A stretch of 64,000 nt of DNA, taken from an uncultured bacterium (lineage in GTDB: Bacteria > Hydrothermota > Tepidihabitantia > Tepidihabitantales > DTDR01). Location: positions 45,226-109,225 of the forward strand of contig CAZDHW010000002.1 of assembly GCA_964505415.1 (NCBI GenBank), given 5' to 3'. This document shows, in pieces, positions 29,202-38,285 of the stretch. Within the stretch, counting starts at the first letter, position 1. Every line of letters starts with the position of its first letter. A program made the translations under genes and the position numbers. The notes beneath the pieces were generated by a model. That model made no database searches. It was given only the letters and a program-made list of their open reading frames with translations, and was not told where the DNA came from.

Positions 29202-30692
29202 TTAAATTTCTTCCAAAAATTTGTATTCGTCATATTTAAGTTTAGGATTCATTTTTAGTTCTAAATGAAGATTAATTTTTTTAATAAGTTGTGTCAATTT
29301 TTCATTATATTCATTAATTAAATATTCGTAAAGATAAGGCGAAACTACTAAAAGAATCTTTTTCCCTTTTAACTTTTCGGCTTTATTTGTCAGTTCATTT
29401 TCTATTTTTAAGCAGGTTTCATAGCGATCCAAAATCCTTCCTCTTCCTCGACAAGCCGGACATTCTTCACAAAGGGTAAAAAAAAGGCTAGGACGGATTT
29501 TTTCCCGAGTCATTTCTACTAACCCAAATCGGCTGGGTTTGCCAAAATCAGCTTTAGCACGATCATTAGCAAGACACAGTTTTAATTCTTGATATACTCG
29601 CTCTCGATTTTTAGGTTCACGCATATCAATAAAGTCAATAATAATTAATCCTGATAAATCTCGTAAACGAATCTGGCGCGCAATTTCCGCAGCCGCTTCT
29701 AAGTTAGTTTGAAAAATTAATGTCTCGGGATCTTCCTCAGAGGCAAAGCTTCCGGTGTTAACATCAATAGTTACTAAAGCCTCCGTTTGGTCAATGGTAA
29801 TAAAACCGCCGCTTTTCAGAGGAATTTCTCTTTCTAAAGCTTTATTTAATTCTTCCTCAATTTTAAATTTTTTAAAAATTGGTTCTTTATCTTCATAAAG
29901 GATTATTTTTTCTTTAATAAATAATTCAGGAGTATAATTTTTTATATAATTACATATTTCATAATAAAGGTTGCGATCGTCTACATATACGGCTTCCGTA
30001 TCTAAAGTGTATAAATCCCGAATAATTTTTAAAGCCAATTTAGGTTCTTTATAAAGTAAACGGGGTGCCTTAGCCCTTTGAAATTCCCTTTCAATTTCTT
30101 CCCATATCCCTTCTAAATAATGATAATCCCGAACAATTACTTCTTCAGGCATATTTTCAGCAGCTGTTCTAATTATTAGTCCCCGGTTTGGTTTTTTTAA
30201 TTTCTTAGCAATTTCTTTCAAACGGGCACGTTCCCTTTTGTTAGTAATTCTTTGAGAAACTCCTATTCGTGAGATAGTAGGGAAAAGAACTACATATTTA
30301 CCGGCCAAATGAATAAAAGAAGTTAAACGAGCTCCTTTCTCACCCATTTGTTCTTTTACTACTTGACAGAAAATTTGATCACCCACATTTATAGGTAATT
30401 CCTCTTTATTTCCTTTTTTAACCTTTTCTTCTTCTTCTAAATCAATTCCAAATATCTCTTCCGGTATTTCCGCCAAGGGCAAAAAACCGTTTTTCCTTAA
30501 ACCAATATTGACAAAAGCACCGCGCAATCCTTTTACAATATTCTCTACTCGACCTTTAAAAATTTTGCCTACATTATTTTCAATCCCTTCTCTTTCTACA
30601 TAGAATTCTACCAATCGCCCGTTTTCCAAAATTCCGATACGCGTATCGTTAAACTTGTGAGTGATAACAATTGTGGTTTTAATTTTAATCAT
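29202..30692 (-). CDS. rng: ribonuclease G/E family (Rng/CafA)
   Basis: N-terminal S1 domain (GKIFKGRVENIVKGLRGAFVNIG) followed by an RNase E/G catalytic domain. 496 aa. Confidence 0.85.
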   Translation of the reverse strand: MIKIKTTIVITHKFNDTRIGILENGRLVEFYVEREGIENNVGKIFKGRVENIVKGLRGAFVNIGLRKNGFLPLAEIPEEIFGIDLEEEEKVKKGNKEELPINVGDQIFCQVVKEQMGEKGARLTSFIHLAGKYVVLFPTISRIGVSQRITNKRERARLKEIAKKLKKPNRGLIIRTAAENMPEEVIVRDYHYLEGIWEEIEREFQRAKAPRLLYKEPKLALKIIRDLYTLDTEAVYVDDRNLYYEICNYIKNYTPELFIKEKIILYEDKEPIFKKFKIEEELNKALEREIPLKSGGFITIDQTEALVTIDVNTGSFASEEDPETLIFQTNLEAAAEIARQIRLRDLSGLIIIDFIDMREPKNRERVYQELKLCLANDRAKADFGKPSRFGLVEMTREKIRPSLFFTLCEECPACRGRGRILDRYETCLKIENELTNKAEKLKGKKILLVVSPYLYEYLINEYNEKLTQLIKKINLHLELKMNPKLKYDEYKFLEEI

Positions 30693-33039
30693 CTTCCAGG
30701 GGGGTCATTAATTTGTCGTTTTTTATTAAATAATGCTCAATTCTTTTTATTGAGAATAATTTTACTTCTTCTTCATTTAAATTGGTAATTTTAGATAAAG
30801 TAGGAAAGAGTTTAACCCCAGGTTCAAAAGGTAAAAGGACTTCTAAAATTTGATTCTCTAGCCGAGCGTAATAAATATTAGTTAATTTTATTTTTTTTAA
30901 TTGAGGTTCATCTAAAAGAATTTCATATTTAAGAAATTTAATTGATTTTCCTAGAGTAGGAGCATCGTTTTTTATTTCTTTAAAATCTAAAATTATCAAA
31001 TCTTTAGGCATAAAATCTCCTAAATCCTTTATGAGATTACCATTATAATCAATTTTTAAAAAAATGTCAAGATATTCACTTTCGGAAATAACTCCAACTG
31101 GTAAAGGCGGACCAAAAGCTACTAGGTAGCGAGGGGAAAAACCGGTAGAATAAATGACTGGTAGTCCGGAACGCCTTATTGCCCGGTAAATTGCTCGCAC
31201 GAGATCTAAATGAGAAGCAAAACGAAAATTTTCGCCTACTTTAAATTTAACTCGAAATCTTTTGTAATAATGGGAAAAAGGAGCTGCTGGTTTAAAAAAA
31301 GAAAGCGGCTGAAAATTAGGATTTGTTTTATTTGTTAGTGATAAATAATTATTTGGCTTTTCTTCTTTAAGTGATAATGCTTTTTGATAATTTTGGATTA
31401 ATAAATTTTTTGGTATCCCAATGTCAATAAAATCCCAAGGAAGAGCTTCGTCAACCTTTTTTTCTTTTAAATAAGAAAGATAATCAATCTGATTTTTGTT
31501 AAAACTTTCTACCCAGATATTATATTTAAAATGTTCAGTCCAATCTTGAAAAATTGCTTGCTGGCGATAAGCATTTTCAATTGCCCAAGCTAATTTTTCA
31601 TCTCCGCGGGCTAAAACGGCTTGAATTTCTGCCTGTGCAAAATTTTCATATTTTACTTTTACATTTTTAGATTTCACTTCTCTTTTTATAATTTTAATTT
31701 TTTCTTGAAGAATTTCTTTTTCTTCAAATTGATAGAATTGAAAAGGAGTATGAGGCTTAGGAATGAGAGGGGAGATGGAAACGCGAATTTCCCTTCTTTG
31801 AGCAATTTTACCTAAAAAATTTAAAAAGTAGCCGATTTCTTTCACATCTTCTTCTTTTTCTTGTGGTAAACCAATCATAAAGTAGAATTTAATTCCGGGC
31901 CAATTATGCTTTATTAAAAGTTCTACCGCCTTGATAATTTTTTCATTAGCAATTTCTTTATTTATGACTTTTTTTAACCGATAAGAAACTGTTTCGGGAG
32001 CAAAAGTTATGCCGGTTCGTTTGATAAATTTTAATTGGTTTATAAGTTCTTCATCGAAATCCTCACCGCGCAAAGAAGGAAGAGAAATGGCTACTAAGTA
32101 AGGATGTAGAAGTTCATTTAAAGAACTTAAAAGCTGAGGTAAATGAGGATAGTCACCGGCTGAAAAGGAAAGTAGCGAAATTTCTTCGTAGCCCGTAGCT
32201 TTTATTGCTCGAAACGCCAATTTTTTAATCTCTTCAATTGGACGAATTCTTAAAGGCCGGTTTGTAAATCCTGCCTGACAAAAATAACAACCACGGGCAC
32301 AGCCGCGAGAAATTTCAATGGTCAGGTGGTCGTGGACAATATTACAAATAGGTACTAAAGGTGGAAAAGGAAAATCTTCTTCTTTTAATTCTTTTACATA
32401 TCTCTTTCTGATAATTTTGTTCCGATTATGGATTAAAGGAACATAAACCCCTTCTAAGTTGGCTAAATTTTCTAATAGTTTTTTTTTGTCATTTTTGAAA
32501 TTTCTATAAACATCGACAATTTCTAAGATTACTTCTTCGCCATCGCCTATAACAAAAGCATCAATAAATGGAGACATAGGTAAAGGATTCACACAACAAG
32601 GACCGCCGGCAATTATTAAAGGATAATTACCGTGAATTCTTTCTTCAGTCCGTAGAGGTATTTTGCTTAAGGAAAGACAGTAAAGAACATTGGGATAATT
32701 AAGTTCCGAATGTAAAGAGAAGCCAATTATATCAAACTTAAATAAAGGTAGCTTGTTTTCTAAAGAAAATAGGGGAAGATTATGTTCTTCTAATTTTTTA
32801 CCAAAATCTAAAGCTGGGGCATAGCTTCTTTCACAAATAGTATTTTTATAGGAGTTTAATTTTGAATAAAGAATTTTTAAACCATAATTAGACATGCCGA
32901 TTTCGTAAATTTCTGGAAAAACTAAACAAACCTTTATAGTATTTTTTTTAATCGGTAAGGGAAAAAGATTGAATTCACCACCTGTATATCTTATGGGTTT
33001 AGTTACTAAGGGCAGAAGATTTTGTATTTTTTTTATCAT
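30685..33039 (-). CDS. radical SAM protein with N-terminal B12-binding-like domain fused to a DUF2344 (TIGR03960 + TIGR03936-like) module
   Basis: CxxxCxxC in SRGCARGCYFCQAG. 784 aa, where the C-terminal ~230 aa resemble the rSAM-linked DUF2344 family. Overlaps rng by 8 nt. Confidence 0.7.
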   Translation of the reverse strand: MIKKIQNLLPLVTKPIRYTGGEFNLFPLPIKKNTIKVCLVFPEIYEIGMSNYGLKILYSKLNSYKNTICERSYAPALDFGKKLEEHNLPLFSLENKLPLFKFDIIGFSLHSELNYPNVLYCLSLSKIPLRTEERIHGNYPLIIAGGPCCVNPLPMSPFIDAFVIGDGEEVILEIVDVYRNFKNDKKKLLENLANLEGVYVPLIHNRNKIIRKRYVKELKEEDFPFPPLVPICNIVHDHLTIEISRGCARGCYFCQAGFTNRPLRIRPIEEIKKLAFRAIKATGYEEISLLSFSAGDYPHLPQLLSSLNELLHPYLVAISLPSLRGEDFDEELINQLKFIKRTGITFAPETVSYRLKKVINKEIANEKIIKAVELLIKHNWPGIKFYFMIGLPQEKEEDVKEIGYFLNFLGKIAQRREIRVSISPLIPKPHTPFQFYQFEEKEILQEKIKIIKREVKSKNVKVKYENFAQAEIQAVLARGDEKLAWAIENAYRQQAIFQDWTEHFKYNIWVESFNKNQIDYLSYLKEKKVDEALPWDFIDIGIPKNLLIQNYQKALSLKEEKPNNYLSLTNKTNPNFQPLSFFKPAAPFSHYYKRFRVKFKVGENFRFASHLDLVRAIYRAIRRSGLPVIYSTGFSPRYLVAFGPPLPVGVISESEYLDIFLKIDYNGNLIKDLGDFMPKDLIILDFKEIKNDAPTLGKSIKFLKYEILLDEPQLKKIKLTNIYYARLENQILEVLLPFEPGVKLFPTLSKITNLNEEEVKLFSIKRIEHYLIKNDKLMTPLEDD

Positions 33040-33041
33040 TT

Positions 33042-33395
33042 CTATTCGCCTTCAATGCTTTCTAAGTAATAATCATTACCTTTTTTAAAAATAATTTTTG
33101 AAGAGTTACATCGGGGACAAAGAATATAAAAAAAATCGGCCGTTGGTTTAAGTTCACCACAATAACCACAATTTTTACATTCAATTTCTGGCTGTTCTTC
33201 AATAGTATTTATTTCGTTTTCTTTTGCTAAAATTTCTTTTAAACCCTCTCTTAACCAAAATAGAAGCTGCTCCTTGTTGATTAAAGTTAAAATACCTATT
33301 CTTAAATTTATTTTATAAATTTTATTTATCTGGTATTTTTGGCAGATCTGTTTGATGGTTTTAATCAGAAATTGGGCGCAAGAAAATTCATGCAT
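33042..33395 (-). CDS. hypA: hydrogenase/urease nickel incorporation protein HypA
   Basis: N-terminal MHEFS and a zinc-finger CKNCGY...CPRCNS. 117 aa. Confidence 0.8.
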   Translation of the reverse strand: MHEFSCAQFLIKTIKQICQKYQINKIYKINLRIGILTLINKEQLLFWLREGLKEILAKENEINTIEEQPEIECKNCGYCGELKPTADFFYILCPRCNSSKIIFKKGNDYYLESIEGE

Positions 33396-34059
33396 CAGTT
33401 AAAAACTTTATTATTTTTTCTAGACCTTTACCTTTTTTAGCAATTGTTTCCACAATATGAACAGTGGGTTTAATTTTTTTTATATCGACCTTCAATTTAG
33501 GTAAAGAAACGCCCATCTTTTTAGCTAAATCAATTTTGTTAATTACCACCATATCAGCTTCCTTAAAAATATAAGGATGTTTTATTACTACGTAGGGCCC
33601 CTCAGTACAAGAAAAAATAACAATTCTTTTGTGAGCGCCTAAAGGAAATTCAGCGGGGCAGATGAGATTCCCAACATTTTCAATAAAAAGAAGATTGATT
33701 TTATTTAAAGGTAAATTTTTTATTGCTTCATTTATTAATTTGGCATCTAAATGACATTCTTTACCCGTATTAATCTGAATTACTTTGGCCCCATTTTTTT
33801 TAATCAATTGAGCATCAATTTGAGTAGTTAAATCACCGGCAATTACTGCGAGGGTGTATTTTTTTCTTAATTTTTTAACTAGCTGACATATCAAAGTAGT
33901 TTTGCCACTGCCAATCGATCCTAAAATGTCAATTGCTTTTATACCATAGTAATCAAAAATTTTTTGATTTTCGTCTGCTAATTCTTTATTTTTTCTTAAC
34001 AAACTTTCTTCTAATTCAATATCAAAAATTTCGCCTTTTTGGTGTTTAATAATTTTCAT
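33388..34059 (-). CDS. hypB: nickel-incorporation GTPase HypB
   Basis: P-loop GSIGSGKTTL and CH motif (ECHLDA). 223 aa, of the CobW/HypB/UreG family. Confidence 0.85.
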   Translation of the reverse strand: MKIIKHQKGEIFDIELEESLLRKNKELADENQKIFDYYGIKAIDILGSIGSGKTTLICQLVKKLRKKYTLAVIAGDLTTQIDAQLIKKNGAKVIQINTGKECHLDAKLINEAIKNLPLNKINLLFIENVGNLICPAEFPLGAHKRIVIFSCTEGPYVVIKHPYIFKEADMVVINKIDLAKKMGVSLPKLKVDIKKIKPTVHIVETIAKKGKGLEKIIKFLTDA

Positions 34060-34079
34060 AATTAAATTTTAATAATAAA

Positions 34080-34108
34080 TTGACTTTTTTCAATGATAAA
34101 TTTATAAT
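34080..34108 (+). promoter_or_regulatory. sigma70-type promoter (TTGACT-N17-TATAAT) ending 6 nt before the nnr ATG; probable leaderless transcript
   Basis: TTGACT at 34080-34085, TATAAT at 34103-34108 and ATG at 34115. Confidence 0.4.
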
Positions 34109-34114
34109 TTTTCA

Positions 34115-35692
34115 ATGAAAAGATTAGTGACTCAAGAAGAAATGGCCAGAGTTGACCAACAATCAGCGGAAAAATTTAATCTGCCAACAATAATTTTGAT
34201 GGAAAATGCCGGAAGAAGTGTGATTGAACACCTTCAAAGATATTTTGGTATCCAAGAAAAAGATTTTTCTAAAAAGAATTTTTTGATCTTCTGTGGTAAA
34301 GGAAATAATGGTGGCGATGGTTTTGTAGCTGCTCGCTTCTTACTAAATAAAAAAGCAAAAGTTACAACTTTTTTATTGGGAAAATTGAACGATTTAAAAG
34401 ACGATGCTAAGATAAATGCTGAAAGATATCAGAATTTTGGTGGAAAAATAGTGGAAGTCACAGATAATGATTTTAATTTTTCCTCTTTTATTCCGTTGGA
34501 AAAAAAAGATACTTATATTATTGATGCTATTTTGGGCACCGGGATAAAAGGCGAGATAACCGGGATATATAAAAAGGCAATTGATTTTATTAATCAAACT
34601 AATTTACCGGTTATTGCAGTTGATGTGCCCTCCGGAGTTATGGAAGAGGGCAAAGTTAATAATGTTTGTGTAAAAGCTGATATCACTATAAGTATGGGGT
34701 TTATAAAAAGAAGTTTAGTTTTACCACCAGCAAGAGAGTATGCCGGAAAAATTTTTGTTGGCGATATTGGCACTTGCTATAATTATTTTAATAATCAAGG
34801 TAATACTTATTTGGTAGAAGAAAAGGATATAAAAAACTTTCTTCCTAAAAGAATAAGTTGGGGGCATAAAGGTACTTTTGGAAATTGTTTGGTAATTGCC
34901 GGTTCCCGAGGTTACAGTGGTGCTGCCTGTTTAGCTGCTTTGGGAGCTTTAAAAATTGGTGCTGGTTTAGTATATTTAGCAACACCAAAACCAATTATTG
35001 ATGTGGTGGAGACGAAACTTACGGAAGTGGTGAAGATCCCGTTAAATTGGGAGGAAGGTTTTACTCTAAATAACTTAGAAATACTTCTTTCCTTATTATC
35101 CAAAATAGATGTTATTGCGCTGGGACCTGGTATAGGAGTAAATAATAATAACAAAATTTTTTTAAAAGAAATTCTCACAACCGTCGCTGAAAGAAAAATT
35201 CCGATTGTTATTGATGCTGACGGAATAAATTGTTTAAAAGAAGAAGTTGCTTTTTTTAAAACTTTAACCGAAAATAATCTTTCAATAATTTTAACGCCCC
35301 ATCCTGGAGAATTGAGTCGTTTGATTAAGGTTTCGCCGGATGAAATTAATGATAACCGAATAGAAATTGCTCGTTCCTTTAGTAAGGAATATAAAATTTA
35401 TTTGGTGTTAAAAGGTTCGCCAACGGTAGTGGCTACGCCTGAAGGAGTAGTTTATGTTAATCCAACAGGAAACTCCGGATTAGCAAGCGGTGGCAGTGGT
35501 GATGTTTTAACCGGTTTTATTACCGGTTTATTAGCGCAGGGTTTAAAACCTAAAGAAGCCGCAATAGTAGGTGTTTATCTTCACGGTTTAGCAGCTGACT
35601 TGGCATTAATAGAAAGAACAGAATACGATTTCATCGCTTCAGATATTTTTGCTTATCTTCCCAAAGCCATAAAAAAAGTTCTTGATGCTTAA
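34115..35692 (+). CDS. nnr: bifunctional NAD(P)H-hydrate repair enzyme (epimerase YjeF-N + ADP-dependent dehydratase)
   Basis: N-terminal YjeF-N (CGKGNNGGDGFVAARFL) and a C-terminal carbohydrate-kinase-like domain (GPGIG, GGSGDVLTG). Confidence 0.9.
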   Translation: MKRLVTQEEMARVDQQSAEKFNLPTIILMENAGRSVIEHLQRYFGIQEKDFSKKNFLIFCGKGNNGGDGFVAARFLLNKKAKVTTFLLGKLNDLKDDAKINAERYQNFGGKIVEVTDNDFNFSSFIPLEKKDTYIIDAILGTGIKGEITGIYKKAIDFINQTNLPVIAVDVPSGVMEEGKVNNVCVKADITISMGFIKRSLVLPPAREYAGKIFVGDIGTCYNYFNNQGNTYLVEEKDIKNFLPKRISWGHKGTFGNCLVIAGSRGYSGAACLAALGALKIGAGLVYLATPKPIIDVVETKLTEVVKIPLNWEEGFTLNNLEILLSLLSKIDVIALGPGIGVNNNNKIFLKEILTTVAERKIPIVIDADGINCLKEEVAFFKTLTENNLSIILTPHPGELSRLIKVSPDEINDNRIEIARSFSKEYKIYLVLKGSPTVVATPEGVVYVNPTGNSGLASGGSGDVLTGFITGLLAQGLKPKEAAIVGVYLHGLAADLALIERTEYDFIASDIFAYLPKAIKKVLDA

Positions 35693-37109
35693 TCTTTTTT
35701 TAACATTTCTTTTTTTGATTTACAACGAAAAGTTATGGACAAATTATTTAGCTTGTGATACTTTTTTAAATATTACTGGTGATGAAAGAATGATTTATGT
35801 GGGAATAAAAAATGGAATTTTGCTATTTGATGCAAAGAAAATTGAATATCTTAAAAGTTTAACAAAATTAGACGGTATTTTAGAAAATTTAAAATTGATT
35901 GCTTATGACCGAGAATTAAACTCTCTTTGGTTATTGGATGACTCTTCTAATTTGATGAATTATTCGCCCTTTACTAAGAAAAAAGAAATATTCAAATTAA
36001 ATATTAATCCGCAAGCAATTGGGGTGGGAAAACAATTTTTATATTTCCTCGTTAATGAAGATACTTTTAAATGGGATAAAAAGAAAAGAAAATTATTAAA
36101 AATTGAAAAAACCGATGATACCTCCCTTTTTTGGTACGGTAAAAAAAAGAAATATTTAGTAAAAGATTTTATTTTTCTCACTCCTTATTATTATTTAGAT
36201 GAAAACTTAAATAAATATTATTATCGCGAAGTTTTTGTTAGTAAAAGAAATCTTTGGGTAAGTGCCGATGATTACGGAATTTTAGTTTTTGATTTAACTG
36301 TTAAAAATTTGGTAAAAGTTTTTCCTTTTAATAGTATTTTAGGCAGAATAAAAAAAATCGTTAAATTTCAAAAAAATGTTTGGCTCATTGGTGATGATTA
36401 TTTAATAAAAACTGCGGATAAAATTTGGCAATGGCAGTTTATTCCAATTTCTTTTAGTACCAAAATTTATGAAAAAGAAAATTTATTGAAATATAAATTT
36501 CTAGAATTGTTTTATAAAAAACCAGTTACTCTTTTAACCAATTCTCAGGATTTATTAGCATATATTTCTGAAGATAACATTTATCTTTTCTTGCCAGATT
36601 ATTCAAAACCTATTGAAATTAGAATCCCAACTTTTGTGGAAAATATTAGCTTTCTTAATGATACTTTAGTAATTTTGACTCAAGAAGGTTTTTATTTATT
36701 TGATTATAAAAATAATAATTTTTTAAATTTTTTAAATTATCCTCAGGAGTTAAAATTGGGTGTTTTTTCTTTTATCTCTTTAAAAAATGTTTGGTATTTA
36801 GGAGTTAGAGGAGGTTTCTGGATTTATAATGATAATAAATGGGAAAAAATTATCTTACCGATTAACGATTTATCGGAACCGGTAAAGGAATTGGTAAGTT
36901 TTAACAAATATTTAATTACCAAAATTAAGAATCAAATTATATTCTTTGACACTAAAAGACAATTATTTTTCTTTTTAAAAAAAGAAGATGGGTTGTTAGG
37001 CGATAATATTTATTCTTTAGCAGTTGATAATAATAAATTATGGATAACCCATGAAAAAGGGATTTCGTTTTTTGATTTAACTTCTTTAACAAAAAGAATA
37101 AAAAAATGA
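35682..37109 (+). CDS. hypothetical exported beta-propeller protein (two-component-regulator-propeller / Reg_prop-like repeats)
   Basis: Hydrophobic N-terminus. Repeated G(L/I)xxFD blades (IYVGIKNGILLFD, NLWVSADDYGILVFDL, NKLWITHEKGISFFDL). Overlaps nnr stop and is coupled to the LCP gene. Confidence 0.45.
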   Translation: MMLNLFLTFLFLIYNEKLWTNYLACDTFLNITGDERMIYVGIKNGILLFDAKKIEYLKSLTKLDGILENLKLIAYDRELNSLWLLDDSSNLMNYSPFTKKKEIFKLNINPQAIGVGKQFLYFLVNEDTFKWDKKKRKLLKIEKTDDTSLFWYGKKKKYLVKDFIFLTPYYYLDENLNKYYYREVFVSKRNLWVSADDYGILVFDLTVKNLVKVFPFNSILGRIKKIVKFQKNVWLIGDDYLIKTADKIWQWQFIPISFSTKIYEKENLLKYKFLELFYKKPVTLLTNSQDLLAYISEDNIYLFLPDYSKPIEIRIPTFVENISFLNDTLVILTQEGFYLFDYKNNNFLNFLNYPQELKLGVFSFISLKNVWYLGVRGGFWIYNDNKWEKIILPINDLSEPVKELVSFNKYLITKIKNQIIFFDTKRQLFFFLKKEDGLLGDNIYSLAVDNNKLWITHEKGISFFDLTSLTKRIKK

Positions 37110-38158
37110 GAAAATTAATTTTTTTAATTTTAATACTTTTGATTTTTGTTTCGATAATCTTTATTATTTATCAAAAAAATAACAAAATGATACAAATAAA
37201 GTATCCCCAGACCTCATCCGATTTAAAAAATAAAATCAACATTCTTTTAATTGCTAAAGATGCTTTAATAATCGACAAAAAGAGATTGAGTAATGGAAAA
37301 GAAGAATTGATATTAGAAAAGAAATCAAGGAGTGATATTATCAATATTGTTCACATTGATTTTGATAATGCCCAAATAAAAATTTTAAATATTCCCCGAG
37401 ACATGTTAGTTAGTATTCCTTACTATACTCGCGAAAGTTCTTTGTATGATTTTAATAATTTAGACAAAATAAACCACAGCTATTTTTATGGGGGCGAAAC
37501 ACTTTTAATCAAAACAATTGAAAAAAATTTCAACATTGAAATTGACCGTTATTTGGTTATTGATTTTGTGAGATTTCAAAAAATGATAAAACTTTTGAAG
37601 CCTTTGGTGAAAACTTTTAAAATAAGAGAAGGTATTGAGGCTGACGATCCTTTCACCGTACAAGAACTTTTAAAAAACCGATATCGTTATCCTCATGATG
37701 ATATTGACCGGAGTCGCAATTCTTTATTTTTTATTAAAGATCTTACCCAAAAAATTTATTCCCAAGTAAATTGGTTGAATTATCCCATTTTTAAAAAAAT
37801 CTTTTGGGAAGTTTTTAAAGGAAATACTAATCTTACTGATGATGATATTAATAAGATATTTATTCAATTAAAAGAAAAAAACTTCAACCCGGAGAATATG
37901 AAATTAGGAGTAATGATCGGTTGCCCCAAAATAGTGTATTTAAATCGTTTCTCTCAACATCTTTCTTGTTATTTACCTATTTATGAAGAAATTGAAAAAC
38001 AGATAAAATATTTTATTTATGATTCAGCCAACATTTCTCCTAAATTTTATCTCAGCGATAGTGAAAAATTTTTAATTCCTCCATATGTAACTAAAGATTA
38101 TACTTTAGCGGTGGATACCTTAGACTTAAAAATTGAAATAAAATCTCTAAAGTTTTAA
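37106..38158 (+). CDS. LytR-CpsA-Psr (LCP) family protein
   Basis: N-terminal TM anchor and an LCP core (INIVHIDF..., NIPRDMLV, DKINHSYFYGGETLLIKTIEKNFNIEIDRYLVIDFVRFQKMI). Confidence 0.6.
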   Translation: MRKLIFLILILLIFVSIIFIIYQKNNKMIQIKYPQTSSDLKNKINILLIAKDALIIDKKRLSNGKEELILEKKSRSDIINIVHIDFDNAQIKILNIPRDMLVSIPYYTRESSLYDFNNLDKINHSYFYGGETLLIKTIEKNFNIEIDRYLVIDFVRFQKMIKLLKPLVKTFKIREGIEADDPFTVQELLKNRYRYPHDDIDRSRNSLFFIKDLTQKIYSQVNWLNYPIFKKIFWEVFKGNTNLTDDDINKIFIQLKEKNFNPENMKLGVMIGCPKIVYLNRFSQHLSCYLPIYEEIEKQIKYFIYDSANISPKFYLSDSEKFLIPPYVTKDYTLAVDTLDLKIEIKSLKF

Positions 38159-38251
38159 ATTCTTTAAGTTATTGGAATTTAAACACTTGTAATGTTTTAA
38201 AGCCATTATGGCAGACCTTAAAATAATTTAACCTTTTTTAATTTAAATTTA

Positions 38252-38279
38252 TTGACAATAAAAAATTATTTATTATAAT
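38252..38279 (+). promoter_or_regulatory. sigma70 consensus promoter (TTGACA-N16-TATAAT) ending 6 nt before the thrS ATG; probable leaderless transcript
   Basis: TTGACA at 38252-38257, TATAAT at 38274-38279 and ATG at 38286. No SD. Confidence 0.4.
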
Positions 38280-38285
38280 CATTAT

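Noticed and set aside
38200-38240. Weak hairpin plus T-run after the LCP gene as a terminator.
   Set aside because: It has only a 3-bp GC stem (GCC-ATTAT-GGC), which is not convincing.
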